Shown: one piece after another, positions 63,445 to 64,000 of the stretch
Layout of the letters: every line of letters begins with the position of its first letter
Position numbering within the stretch: position 1 is the stretch's first letter
Origin: Camelus ferus
Taxonomy: Eukaryota
Assembly: GCF_009834535.1 (NCBI RefSeq)
Contig: NC_045697.1
Span: 71,550,001-71,614,000, forward strand
Length of the DNA stretch: 64,000 nt
Direction of reading: 5' to 3'
The notes under the pieces: model-generated
Seen by the model: only the letters and a program-made list of their open reading frames with translations
Told to the model about the DNA's origin: nothing
Databases searched by the model: none
Position numbers and translations under genes: made by a program

Positions 63445-64000
63445 GGGAGGGTTCAAGATGGCAATGTAAGAAGATCCTAAATTTATGTCTTCTCATGGAG
63501 CAAACAAATCTACAACTATATATATGGAATAATTCCCTAAGAATTTTTGGACTATGTCCAAAAAAACTGTAGGAAACAGAAAACCCACTCATAAAAGGCT
63601 TGCACACATCTCACTCAGCATGAAAACCAGTCCAAAAATACCAGATTGAAAAGCACATGGCCCATAGGTGTAGGGGACCCATTTACTAATCTTGAAGAAT
63701 CTGAAGCATCTGCCAGAGAGGCAAGGACAAGTTGGGATTCTCCCCAGAGACTAAGAGACTGGCAGGGGCTTTTTGTGTGTGTGTGTGTGCCATCTCAGGC
63801 TACCTTCCTAATGCTGACACTGGCAGGTGCCATTTAAAAATTCTTCCTCTAACCTGTTACCACCAGTGGGCAGGCCCTGCTGAGAGTCACACCTCGGATG
63901 GACCTTGAAGCCAGGCCGGGGCCAGCCCTGCTCACCAGTGTGCTGTAGCAACGTGGCGCAGCCACAACAGGAAGTTTCACAAAGTCCATGTGCCCCCAGG
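63445..64000 (+). mobile_element. L1 5' end (5' UTR), continuing beyond the window
   Basis: GGGAGGGTTCAAGATGGC start with a YY1-type core at 63454-63462, then gaagatcctaaa..tcttctcatgga..aaatctacaacta..atggaataattccct, typical of laurasiatherian L1 5' UTRs. Confidence 0.75.

Larger units (their letters stand above)
58429..64000 (+). other. BANK1: BANK1 intron 2 (partial, runs off the window)
   Basis: Starts at GT 58429. No further BANK1-like coding exon was seen before the window end. Confidence 0.8.

Noticed and set aside
1..64000. CRISPR arrays, operons or a novel multi-gene system
   Set aside because: No regularly spaced repeat-spacer array and no prokaryotic gene organisation. The window contains two coding exons of one known gene plus host repeats.

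Overview
This is AT-rich, repeat-dense mammalian genomic DNA, most likely camelid (alpaca/llama/camel), judged from a tRNA-Ala-derived Vic-1-type SINE. It is not microbial. The window holds the 5' end of BANK1 (B-cell scaffold protein with ankyrin repeats 1) on the + strand: a CpG-island promoter, coding exon 1 (24331-24400), a 33.6-kb intron 1, the 399-nt TIR-domain exon 2 (58030-58428) and the start of intron 2. The rest is mostly ordinary interspersed repeats (L1, L2, MIR, ERVL/MaLR and ERV1 LTRs, hAT DNA transposons) and microsatellites. Almost all other ORFs in the track are spurious. I found no novel multi-gene system. The best leads are regulatory: a perfect Ets-IRF element at the promoter, a clustered candidate B-cell enhancer in intron 1, a MER41-like LTR whose GAS site has STAT6-type spacing, a solo ERV1 LTR next to two consensus splice donors, the in-frame skippable TIR exon with a weak donor, and a candidate L1 3' transduction. 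Repeat family names and human comparisons come from recall of consensus sequences, not database searches, and boundaries of old repeats are approximate.
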